Part shown: positions 20,857 through 29,322 of the stretch, piece after piece | Layout of the letters: each line of letters opens with the position of its first letter | How positions within the stretch are numbered: the first letter of the stretch is position 1 | Source of the DNA: an uncultured cyanobacterium | Lineage (GTDB): Bacteria; Cyanobacteriota; Cyanobacteriia; Cyanobacteriales; CAWCAG01 | Direction: 5' to 3' | Length of the DNA stretch: 64,000 nt | NCBI GenBank assembly: GCA_963803805.1 | Contig: CAWDOD010000007.1 | Span: 96,001 to 160,000, forward strand | Program-made: the position numbers and the translations under genes | Notes under the pieces: generated by a model | Databases searched by the model: none | What the model was told of the DNA's origin: nothing | The model's input: the letters and a program-made list of their open reading frames with translations, nothing else

Positions 20857-23274
20857 TTACTCCTGACAATATTCAGGGCGAAAATTGGGTTGTTCCTGGT
20901 AAAACTCGAAACAGTAGGGTGTAACTAAATTGCTTACTTCTGGCAAGCTAGGTAAAGAATTAGGTAAGTTGAGTAAAGAGTTTCCGACAGGAATTGTCGG
21001 CATAATGGAAACACTCACAACACCATCATTAGTATCAGCAATAGTATTAAAGTTAAGAAATTGTCCCAATTCCCCGGTTAAAACTGCCCCAAGAGGTGGA
21101 GTCACCACATTCTTACTGAAACCTTGCCCATAAACTCCTGTTTTGCTACCATCTTGTCCCTCACTCGCCCAAACTACCACCAAGCCACCGTTAGCTAAAC
21201 CAATTAGGGAAGGGTTGGTTTGGGCATCATTAGTAGTGGTGTTGATAGCAAACTCACTACCAACTTTATCACCTTGGGGATTGTAACGTTGCCCATAAAC
21301 CCCATCGCTACTACCATCCTGCCCTAAACTTTCCCAAGCTATAATAAACCCCCCATCTGCTAAGGCTGTAGCTTTGGGGTTTTCTTGAGTCCTATTGGTG
21401 AAAGTATTAATTTGCATTTCCTTGTTGATGGTATTGCCGTTGGCATCATAAAGTTGGGCATAAACCCCTTTACCGCTACCGTCTTGATCATTACTTTCCC
21501 AAGTAACCACAAAGCCACCATCACTTAAACCAGTAAGGTGAGAATCTCTTTGGGGCTTGATGGTTTCTGTGTTAACCTGCAACTCATTTCCCACAGGATT
21601 ACTATTCATATCAAAACGTTGGCGATAAATACCTTCTTCACTACCATCTTGATTCTTACTAACCCAAACTGCTACAAAACCGCCATCAGCTAAACCAACT
21701 ATGGTAGGGACAGTTTGATCATTGTTAGTAGTAGTATTAATCAGAAATTCCGTGGCGATGGCATTGCCACTAAAATCATAGCGTTGTCCATAAATGCCGT
21801 CGCCGCTACCATCTTGTTCCCTACTTTCCCAAGTAACTATAAATCCCCCATCAGCTAAATTCGTGATATTAGGGTTTTCCTGGGAGTTGGTAGTAGTGGT
21901 GTTGATCTGAAACTCTCCTGCTACCGGGCTACCTTGGTTATTATAAATCTGCCCATAGACCCCTTGACTATTGCCATCTTGCCCCTCACTTTCCCAAACC
22001 ACTACAAAACCACCGTTTGCTAAGGCAACAACTTTAGGATCTTCCTGGGAGTTAGTAGTAGTGGTATTAACAAGAAACTCGCCCCCCAACTTACTACCTT
22101 GGTTATCATAAATCTGACTATAAACCCCTTGATCATCCCCATCTTGCCCCTCACTCTCCCAAACCACTACAAAACCACCATCCCTTAAAGCCGTGACATC
22201 AGCAGTATCCTGCCCTTCATTGGTAAAAGTATTGATAGCAAACTCATTACCTCTGGGGGTTAAGTTATGGCTTCCCGTCTCCGTTAAAGTTACCGTACCA
22301 TTCACCCCGCTATTATGGCGACGGCTGGCACGAACATTACTATAACTGTTAGCAACAGGAGATACTTGTAAATCATAGGCGGTTAAAGCAACTGTGCCGC
22401 CATCACCACTACTTAAGCCACCATCGGCAGAAACTTCTGCAAGCCCTGCAATGGTTAACTTATTCCCTGCTTGCATAATCACCTGCCCACCATCGCTATT
22501 ACCCGTACCATCAGCACTAATTCTCGCGTTATCTTCTATCGCAATATGATCAGCAAATAGTGCCACAACTCCCTGTTGTGCCGCGATTTCTCCCAACTGT
22601 TCAATGCTATTGTTACCATCAGTGGTAAGGTTAAAAACCATTCTCCCTAAAGCAGACTCCGATACTTTTACCTGAGTACCTGCGGCTAAAATAGTTTGTC
22701 CGGTGGGTGTGATAATCTGTCCTTGATGATTAATGGTTTTCGCTAGTAACCAAACTTGCCCGCCATTAACCGTAGTAATTTGCGCCCACTTTTCTACTAC
22801 AATCGGGCTACCATTACCAATTTGGTTAAACTGGTAATTACCATTCAGAAAATCTTGATCACTGATATCTAAGGTAGAAAGGATTAAACTTTGGAGGTCA
22901 ATAACTGCCCCATTTCCCACCAAAATACCGTTACCATTAATTAAGAATACTGCCCCATTAGATTGTAAAGTACCAAAAATCTGAGAAGGATTAACCCCAG
23001 TAACGCGGTTAAGGATAGCACTTTGAGAGTTTTCTTGTAAAAAGCGAGTTATTTCTCCGTTATTAATGGAAAACTCTTGCCAATTAATAATTGCCCCAGG
23101 AGAATTGGTAATCTGTAAATTTCGAGTCCCCAAACCCTGAAATTCAACCCTACCATTAACTACTGTAGGATTAAGAGGATTGGCGATCGCCGAATAGCCA
23201 ATACTAGCTAAACCTAAACTTAGCAAAAAAGTAGATATTTTACGAAACACGATGCACCCAGTATCAGTTATCAT
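20857..23274 (-). CDS. Filamentous haemagglutinin N-terminal (TPS) domain exoprotein with seven ~55-aa C-terminal repeats
   Basis: Signal peptide, INWQEFSI...ILNRVTG...VFLINGNGI, and repeats EF.INT.T...Q..P....L.DGGFVV.W.S..QDG. Confidence 0.85.
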   Translation of the reverse strand: MITDTGCIVFRKISTFLLSLGLASIGYSAIANPLNPTVVNGRVEFQGLGTRNLQITNSPGAIINWQEFSINNGEITRFLQENSQSAILNRVTGVNPSQIFGTLQSNGAVFLINGNGILVGNGAVIDLQSLILSTLDISDQDFLNGNYQFNQIGNGSPIVVEKWAQITTVNGGQVWLLAKTINHQGQIITPTGQTILAAGTQVKVSESALGRMVFNLTTDGNNSIEQLGEIAAQQGVVALFADHIAIEDNARISADGTGNSDGGQVIMQAGNKLTIAGLAEVSADGGLSSGDGGTVALTAYDLQVSPVANSYSNVRASRRHNSGVNGTVTLTETGSHNLTPRGNEFAINTFTNEGQDTADVTALRDGGFVVVWESEGQDGDDQGVYSQIYDNQGSKLGGEFLVNTTTTNSQEDPKVVALANGGFVVVWESEGQDGNSQGVYGQIYNNQGSPVAGEFQINTTTTNSQENPNITNLADGGFIVTWESREQDGSGDGIYGQRYDFSGNAIATEFLINTTTNNDQTVPTIVGLADGGFVAVWVSKNQDGSEEGIYRQRFDMNSNPVGNELQVNTETIKPQRDSHLTGLSDGGFVVTWESNDQDGSGKGVYAQLYDANGNTINKEMQINTFTNRTQENPKATALADGGFIIAWESLGQDGSSDGVYGQRYNPQGDKVGSEFAINTTTNDAQTNPSLIGLANGGLVVVWASEGQDGSKTGVYGQGFSKNVVTPPLGAVLTGELGQFLNFNTIADTNDGVVSVSIMPTIPVGNSLLNLPNSLPSLPEVSNLVTPYCFEFYQEQPNFRPEYCQE

Positions 23275-23405
23275 TCATCAATAAATAATTATTATATGCA
23301 GTGGCGACCCGTTTTTTTGAACATATTAGACAAGTCAAAGTTTAAATTGGGTTGCTTTGATTAATTATTAATTGGCGGCTGATACGATGTCTGATTTTGC
23401 ACCCC

Positions 23406-23447
23406 TAGCAACTAGCCATTAGCAACTAGCTATTAGCCATTAGCAAT
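23406..23447. repeat. STRR-type heptamer tandem repeat TAGC(A/C/T)A(C/T) x6
   Basis: tagcaac tagccat tagcaac tagctat tagccat tagcaat; similar tracts near 6716, 14163, 25480 and 63300. Confidence 0.75.
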
Positions 23448-23451
23448 TGAT

Positions 23452-25065
23452 ATGCCCCTGTCTCGCTTACTTACTTTAATTATTGGCCTCAGTCTTATTT
23501 TAGGACTGGTTATTTGGCTGATTATTGCCCTACATCGACTCTATTGGCAAGCTTCTTTTACCTCACCGTTTCTTGCTTTTTTGCTGTTGTTGCTAATTAT
23601 CACTTTATTGGGGTTGTTAGTTGGGGTATTTATTTATTATTTCTATTCTTCTTCCTCCCAACGTTCTCGTAAAAATCAGCAGAAGCGACGTATAATCGCC
23701 AGACTACCGGAACAAAAAACTGAAGCAGCAGAAGAAAATTTAAAAGCGATTCAACAACAAGTAACCCAAGTTCAAGATGAAGTAACCCGCCAAGCTTTAT
23801 TAACTCGTTCACGAGAAATTGAAGCAAACTTAGCTAGGGGAGAATTGCGAGTTGTCGTCTTTGGGACAGGTTCGGCGGGTAAAACTTCTGTGGTAAATAG
23901 TTTAATTGGTAGGGTTGTTGGCGAAGTTAATGCACCCATGGGAACTACCCAAGTAGGAGAAACCTACTGTATGAAAATGCGGGGCTTAAGTCGAGATATT
24001 TTAGTTACTGATACACCAGGAATATTAGAAGCAGGTATTGCCGGAACAGAAAGAGAAGAGTTAGCCAGACAGTTAGCCACAGAAGCAGATTTACTCTTAT
24101 TTATTGTTGATAATGACCTGCGGCAATCAGAATATCAACCCTTAAAAGCTTTAGCCGAAATTGGTAAGCGATCGCTACTCGTTTTAAATAAAACTGATCT
24201 TTATTCCGAGCAAGATCAAGAGATTATTTTAGCAAGATTGAGGGAAAGAATCAAAGGTTTTATTGCCGCTTCGGATCTAGTTGCGATCGCTGCTAACCCC
24301 CAACCTATTCCTTTAGAAACCGGGGAAATAGTTAAACCAGAATCTGAGGTGATGCCCTTAATCAAACGCCTCGCCGCCGTCTTACGGGCAGAAGGAGAAG
24401 ACTTAGTTGCAGATAATATTCTCCTGCAATCTCAGCGTTTAGGAGAAGAAGCCCGGAAACTTATTGATCAACAGCGTCGTAAGCAAGCCGATAAAATCAT
24501 TGAACGCTTTCAATGGATTGGGGCAGGGGTTATTGCCGTTACCCCTTTACCCGTAATTGATATGTTAGCCACCGCCGCCGTTAATGCCCAAATGGTAGTA
24601 GAAATTGGCCGCATTTATGGTTGCGAATTAAACGTAGAAAGGGGCAGAGAATTAGCCCTTTCTTTAGGCAAAACTTTAGTTAGTTTGGGGGTGGTGAAAG
24701 GGGCAACGGAATTAATTGCTAGGGTTTTACAATTAAACGTAGCCACCTACTTAATTGGCAAAGCCATTCAAGGAGTAACTGCAGCTTATTTAACTCGTAT
24801 TGCCGGCAAAAGTTTCATTGAATATTTCCGCCATGATCAAGATTGGGGAGATGGGGGCATTACAGAGGTAGTACAAAGACAATTTCAACTTTCCCGCAAG
24901 GATGAATTTCTTAAATCTTTTGTGCAAGATGCGATCGTTAAGGTAGTTAAACCCCTCAAAGATCATCTTCCCGTTGAAAATGAATTAGAAGCCGAAATTG
25001 AAGTTGAATTAGAAAGAGTAGAAGATGATTGGGAGAAAAGAAACTCCTCTTACGGCGAATGGTGA
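23452..25065 (+). CDS. Membrane-anchored GTP-binding protein with DUF697/YcjF-like C-terminus
   Basis: GTGSAGKTS (G1), DTPG (G3), NKTD (G4), two N-terminal TMs, TPLPVID, HDQDWGDGG. Confidence 0.88.
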   Translation: MPLSRLLTLIIGLSLILGLVIWLIIALHRLYWQASFTSPFLAFLLLLLIITLLGLLVGVFIYYFYSSSSQRSRKNQQKRRIIARLPEQKTEAAEENLKAIQQQVTQVQDEVTRQALLTRSREIEANLARGELRVVVFGTGSAGKTSVVNSLIGRVVGEVNAPMGTTQVGETYCMKMRGLSRDILVTDTPGILEAGIAGTEREELARQLATEADLLLFIVDNDLRQSEYQPLKALAEIGKRSLLVLNKTDLYSEQDQEIILARLRERIKGFIAASDLVAIAANPQPIPLETGEIVKPESEVMPLIKRLAAVLRAEGEDLVADNILLQSQRLGEEARKLIDQQRRKQADKIIERFQWIGAGVIAVTPLPVIDMLATAAVNAQMVVEIGRIYGCELNVERGRELALSLGKTLVSLGVVKGATELIARVLQLNVATYLIGKAIQGVTAAYLTRIAGKSFIEYFRHDQDWGDGGITEVVQRQFQLSRKDEFLKSFVQDAIVKVVKPLKDHLPVENELEAEIEVELERVEDDWEKRNSSYGEW

Positions 25066-25194
25066 AATCCTGATTGACTGACCAAAAAGAAAAGGAAAAA
25101 GCAGAAAAGAGTAATGAGGAGAGGGATAGAAAGGACACCTAACCACCTGTAAGTAAATATGCCCTACTAAAAAATGAATTAGACTTAAGCGAAT

Positions 25195-25354
25195 AAGACT
25201 AGCCATATTGAGCGACTCAACTGCACATTAAGGCAGCGAATTTCGCGATTGGTTAGAAAAGCTCTTTCTTTTTCCAAGAAACTGGAAAATCATATTGAAG
25301 CTATCTGGAATTTTGTCCATCACTACAATAAATCATTACCTGTTTAGGACTACC
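25195..25354 (+). mobile_element. IS1-family remnant (InsB C-terminus + terminal end)
   Basis: Translates to TSHIERLNCTLRQRISRLVRKALSFSKKLENHIEAIWNFVHHYNKSLPV*, followed by gactacc (GGTAGTC on the minus strand). Confidence 0.85.
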
Positions 25355-25421
25355 AATATCTCTAAAAGTAGGAGCGATCGCGTACTATTATTAAATTAGG
25401 TCTAAAGTTTTGAGTCGTGTG

Positions 25422-25453
25422 GCGATACTCTACGGGTGCGGCGAAGCGATCGC
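25422..25453 (+). repeat. 24-nt insertion in HIP1 (GCGAT^CGC); near-identical copy at 5434-5460
   Basis: gcgat[actctacgggtgcggcgaagcgat]cgc versus [gtcctacgggtgcagcgaagcgat]cgc. Confidence 0.75.
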
Positions 25454-25595
25454 ATCCTGATAACTATAGGGTAGATTGATAGCTAAAAAGCTAATAGCCA
25501 TTAGTGACAAGTTAAGCTGTTAGCTATCCTAGATTTTATACTCTCCGGGATAAATCTACGGAGTTTTCAGTTTTGATTTTTACAAAATTAGTGAA

Positions 25596-25976
25596 ATGCC
25601 AGTCAATCATTCCCTAACATCAGCGCAAATCGCTATTTATCGCCAAACTTCTCAAAAACGCTGGCGTAAAAGTGAACCGCTACGCAAAAAAAGACGACAG
25701 AAAGCCTGGCAGTTAGCCCAGCAAGCTGCTACTATCCTAAAAGATAAATTTGGCGCTACTAAGGTAATGGTATTCGGCTCTTTGGTAGATGAAGAACGTT
25801 TTACCCTTTGGTCTGATGTAGATATTGCTGCTTGGGGAATATCTCCTCAAGATACATTCACAGCAATGGGAACCTTATGGGATTTGGATGAGGAAATTGA
25901 AGTTAATTTAGTGGATGTAGGGGTTTGTCGCTCTCATATCCTCAAAGCTATCCTCGAAGAAGGAATAAATCTGTGA
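25596..25976 (+). CDS. Minimal nucleotidyltransferase (MNT/MntA-like antitoxin)
   Basis: VMVFGSL...SDVDIA pol-beta motif, VNLVD; 126 aa. Confidence 0.9.
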   Translation: MPVNHSLTSAQIAIYRQTSQKRWRKSEPLRKKRRQKAWQLAQQAATILKDKFGATKVMVFGSLVDEERFTLWSDVDIAAWGISPQDTFTAMGTLWDLDEEIEVNLVDVGVCRSHILKAILEEGINL

Positions 25977-26467
25977 CCAAAGCAAGATATCAAACTCTTG
26001 CAGCACGCATTGAGTCTGAGGTTGCAGATTTGGCAAGAGTAGCTGAACGGAGTCAAAGGGCAATGCAGGCTTATCATCAAAGCAGATCAGAAAATCAAGA
26101 CCTGTTTTTAGATTCAGTAGCTCTTAGTCTCCACGACTTTTATACAGGTTGGGAACGTATTTTTTGCCAAATTGCTACTGTTGTAGACGAAGATTTACCT
26201 TCAGGAAGTCAATGGCATCAAGCACTGTTAACTCAGATGGGTCAAAACTTATCAGAGATTCGCCCAGCAGTAATCTCCGAAGAGACAATTCAAAGTTTAG
26301 ATGAATATAGGCGTTTTCGCCATGTGGTGAGAAATGTCTATGGTTTTGATTTGGACTGGCAAAGGATTGAACCCTTAATTACTAACTTAGTTGAGGTATT
26401 TACCCAACTAGAGAGTGAATTATTAGCTTTTAGCGGTTTGCTGGAGAAAATAGCAAGTGATGAGTAG
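25973..26467 (+). CDS. HEPN (HepT-like) ribonuclease toxin-family protein
   Basis: GTG start overlaps the MNT stop (GTGA); LHDFYTGWERIF, WHQALL, EYRRFRHVVRNVYG. Confidence 0.85.
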   Translation: MTKARYQTLAARIESEVADLARVAERSQRAMQAYHQSRSENQDLFLDSVALSLHDFYTGWERIFCQIATVVDEDLPSGSQWHQALLTQMGQNLSEIRPAVISEETIQSLDEYRRFRHVVRNVYGFDLDWQRIEPLITNLVEVFTQLESELLAFSGLLEKIASDE

Positions 26468-26494
26468 AATGAGAAAAATACCAGGGATAGTACC

Positions 26495-28153
26495 ATGGAA
26501 CTACTATACCAACCGGGGGCAATCATTGAGCAGCGCTATCGCCTTAAAGAGGTATTAGGGCAAGGTGGTAGCGGTACAACCTACAAAGCCCAGAATTTAG
26601 TAACTAACCAACTAGTAGCTATTAAAATTCTTTCCTTTCGCCATCTGAAAGACTGGAAACAACTGGAACTATTTGAAAGGGAAGCACAAGTTTTAGCCCA
26701 ACTAAATCATCCCCACATTCCCCGCTATCTGGACTACTTTGCTGTTGATGACTCCTTTTGCATCGTACAGGAGTTAGCACCGGGTAAATCATTAGCTGAG
26801 TTAATAGCTGAAGGGAAACGTTTTAGTGAAGCAGAAGTTAAAGACATTGCGATACAAATACTGGAAACATTAGTTTATCTACATTCTCAGAAACCACCTG
26901 TTATTCATCGGGATATTAAACCGGAAAATATTATTGTCGGGAATAGGGAAAAGGAAAGGCAAGAGGCAATAGGCAATAGGCAAGAGAAACAAGCGGAAGA
27001 TTTTGGTGAAATACTTACGGTTAGTACTTCCAAGCAAAGCAAAGATAACCATGTTTCTAATTCCTCACATCTGAAAAAGTGGAGGAAAGGCAAAAATCAG
27101 GTGTTTCTGGTAGACTTTGGTGCAGTGCAGAACACCTACCACAGCACTCTAGCACGAGGAAGTACAGTAGTAGGAACCTTTGGTTATATGGCCCCGGAAC
27201 AGTTTATTGGGCAAGCAGTGCCAGCTAGTGATTTGTACGGTTTGGGAACAACATTACTATTTTTGTTAACCCACCGTTCCCCAGCAGAGTTACCAACTCA
27301 GGAGTTAAGTATTGATGTAAGGGTCTGCACACAGGTTTCTGAGCATTTAACAGCATGGCTAGAGAAGACAGTGGAAGCCGATGTAGCAGATAGGTTTGGT
27401 TCAGCGAAGCAAGCTTTAGCTCAGTTAATGAAAAAGAATCAGCAAAAGTTAGTTCTTAGCTCAGGGATAAAGTGGCAAGGTTTAGTTGTGGTGGCGATAG
27501 GAACAATTGCTGCAAGTTGGTTAATTATGCAACTACCCTTTTATTTAACTGCTAAGTTAGGCTTGTTTCCTCAAGGAGTGTATGACGCAATCGAAGAGGG
27601 GAATGTGGAGCGAGTTGAGGAGTATTTAGAAACTGGTGTTGATCCTGATTTGAAAACAGAAAAAGGTGAGTTTAAGCATTTAAGTCTTTTATATTATGCA
27701 GTCGAGCAAAACCAGAAAGAAATAGCTGAGGTATTAATTTCGAGGGGGGCGGATGTTAATCTTACTGGTCGATACCAAACACCACTGCATATAGCTGCTA
27801 CAAGAGGTTACGAGGAAATCGCTCAGTTACTGGTTACTCACGGGGCTGATGTTAATTTTGTGGAGAAACAAAATGGCTATACACCATTGCATTATGCAGC
27901 ATGGCATGGGCATCGTGAAATAGCTGAGTTGCTAATTAATCAGGGGAGTGACGTTAACGCTGCTACATATTCTGGTTTCACGCCACTGCATTTAGCAGCA
28001 GGACGAGATTATCATCAAACAGTTGAGTTACTTATCAATCAAGGCTCTGAGCTTAGTCCTGTTGACCAGTGGGGAGAAACCCCTCTAGGCAGGGTAGCGA
28101 AGCGAGGTCATCAGACAACAACCGAATTACTTAAAAGTCACGGTGCAAGATGA
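26495..28153 (+). CDS. Ser/Thr protein kinase with TM segment and C-terminal ankyrin repeats
   Basis: GQGGSG, AIK, HRDIKPEN, DFG, GTFGYMAPE, one hydrophobic segment, then 5-6 TPLH-type ankyrin repeats. Confidence 0.92.
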   Translation: MELLYQPGAIIEQRYRLKEVLGQGGSGTTYKAQNLVTNQLVAIKILSFRHLKDWKQLELFEREAQVLAQLNHPHIPRYLDYFAVDDSFCIVQELAPGKSLAELIAEGKRFSEAEVKDIAIQILETLVYLHSQKPPVIHRDIKPENIIVGNREKERQEAIGNRQEKQAEDFGEILTVSTSKQSKDNHVSNSSHLKKWRKGKNQVFLVDFGAVQNTYHSTLARGSTVVGTFGYMAPEQFIGQAVPASDLYGLGTTLLFLLTHRSPAELPTQELSIDVRVCTQVSEHLTAWLEKTVEADVADRFGSAKQALAQLMKKNQQKLVLSSGIKWQGLVVVAIGTIAASWLIMQLPFYLTAKLGLFPQGVYDAIEEGNVERVEEYLETGVDPDLKTEKGEFKHLSLLYYAVEQNQKEIAEVLISRGADVNLTGRYQTPLHIAATRGYEEIAQLLVTHGADVNFVEKQNGYTPLHYAAWHGHREIAELLINQGSDVNAATYSGFTPLHLAAGRDYHQTVELLINQGSELSPVDQWGETPLGRVAKRGHQTTTELLKSHGAR

Positions 28154-29322
28154 TGAGCAAAAATAATCGGCAACCAACCCCACCTTATCATCCCATAATA
28201 CCAATTATTGAAAGTCTTCAACGCCACCCAGGAATAGGCTGCATACTCTTAGTAACAGTATTACCAATCTCAATAACAGCAAGGGTACTGGGCTTAATTC
28301 TTCAGCCATTATGTTACTTAGCTACAAAGTTAGGATTATTCCCTAGAAATAAGAAGACACCACTACATGAAGCATCTAAGCAAGGTGACGAAGAAGAAGT
28401 TGAGAGATTGATTGCTCAAGGTAGTAATGTTAATGTCGTTGATCAAACTAGAAATACGCCACTACACTATGCAGCATTTGGAAATCATTTAGAGATAGTT
28501 ACTATATTAGTTGAGCAAGGTGCGGATGTGAATGCTGTTGATAAAAAGGGGCATATCCCACTGCATTATGCCGCAACGAGAGGTTATGAGGAAATAGTTA
28601 CTATATTAGTTAATCATGGGGCTGATATTGATGCTGTTACTGAATCTGGGAATACGCTACTACAAGAAGCGGTAGCAAAAGGTAAGCATGAAATAGTTAC
28701 TATGTTAGTTAATTACGGGGCTAATGTGAATGCTGTTGATAAAAAGGGAAATACACCGCTATATCATGCAATACGGAGAGGTGAGCAAGAAATAATCACT
28801 ACATTAATTGACCACGGAGCTGATATTGATGTTATCACTGAATCTGGGAATACACTACTACAAGAAGCAGTAGAGAGAGGTAATCAGGGAATCGTTAATA
28901 TGTTAGTTAGTCATGGGGCTAATGTTAATGCTGTCAGTAAATATGGACTTACGCTACTACATTATGCAGCACGGGGATCTAACCAGAAAATGGTCACTAT
29001 GTTAGTTAATCATGGGGCTAATGTCAACGCTGTTGCTGACGATGGAAGTATACCACTACATCATGCAGCAGAGAGAGGTAATCAGAGGATAGTCACTATG
29101 TTAGTTGATCATGGGAGCAACGTTAATGCTGTTGATCATCTTGGAGATACGCCGCTACATGATGCAGCATGGAAAGGTCATCGAAAAATAATCACTATGT
29201 TGATTAATCAAGGTGCTGATGTCAATGCTGCTAATGAAAAGGGGCATACACCACTATATGGCGCAGAAGTGAGAAGTCATAAAACAACAATCAAATTACT
29301 TAAAAGCAAAGGTGCAAGATAA
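28150..29322 (+). CDS. Membrane-anchored ankyrin-repeat protein (~10 repeats)
   Basis: Hydrophobic N-terminus followed by repeated TPLH.AA..G...IV..L...GA.VN units. Confidence 0.92.
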   Translation: MMSKNNRQPTPPYHPIIPIIESLQRHPGIGCILLVTVLPISITARVLGLILQPLCYLATKLGLFPRNKKTPLHEASKQGDEEEVERLIAQGSNVNVVDQTRNTPLHYAAFGNHLEIVTILVEQGADVNAVDKKGHIPLHYAATRGYEEIVTILVNHGADIDAVTESGNTLLQEAVAKGKHEIVTMLVNYGANVNAVDKKGNTPLYHAIRRGEQEIITTLIDHGADIDVITESGNTLLQEAVERGNQGIVNMLVSHGANVNAVSKYGLTLLHYAARGSNQKMVTMLVNHGANVNAVADDGSIPLHHAAERGNQRIVTMLVDHGSNVNAVDHLGDTPLHDAAWKGHRKIITMLINQGADVNAANEKGHTPLYGAEVRSHKTTIKLLKSKGAR

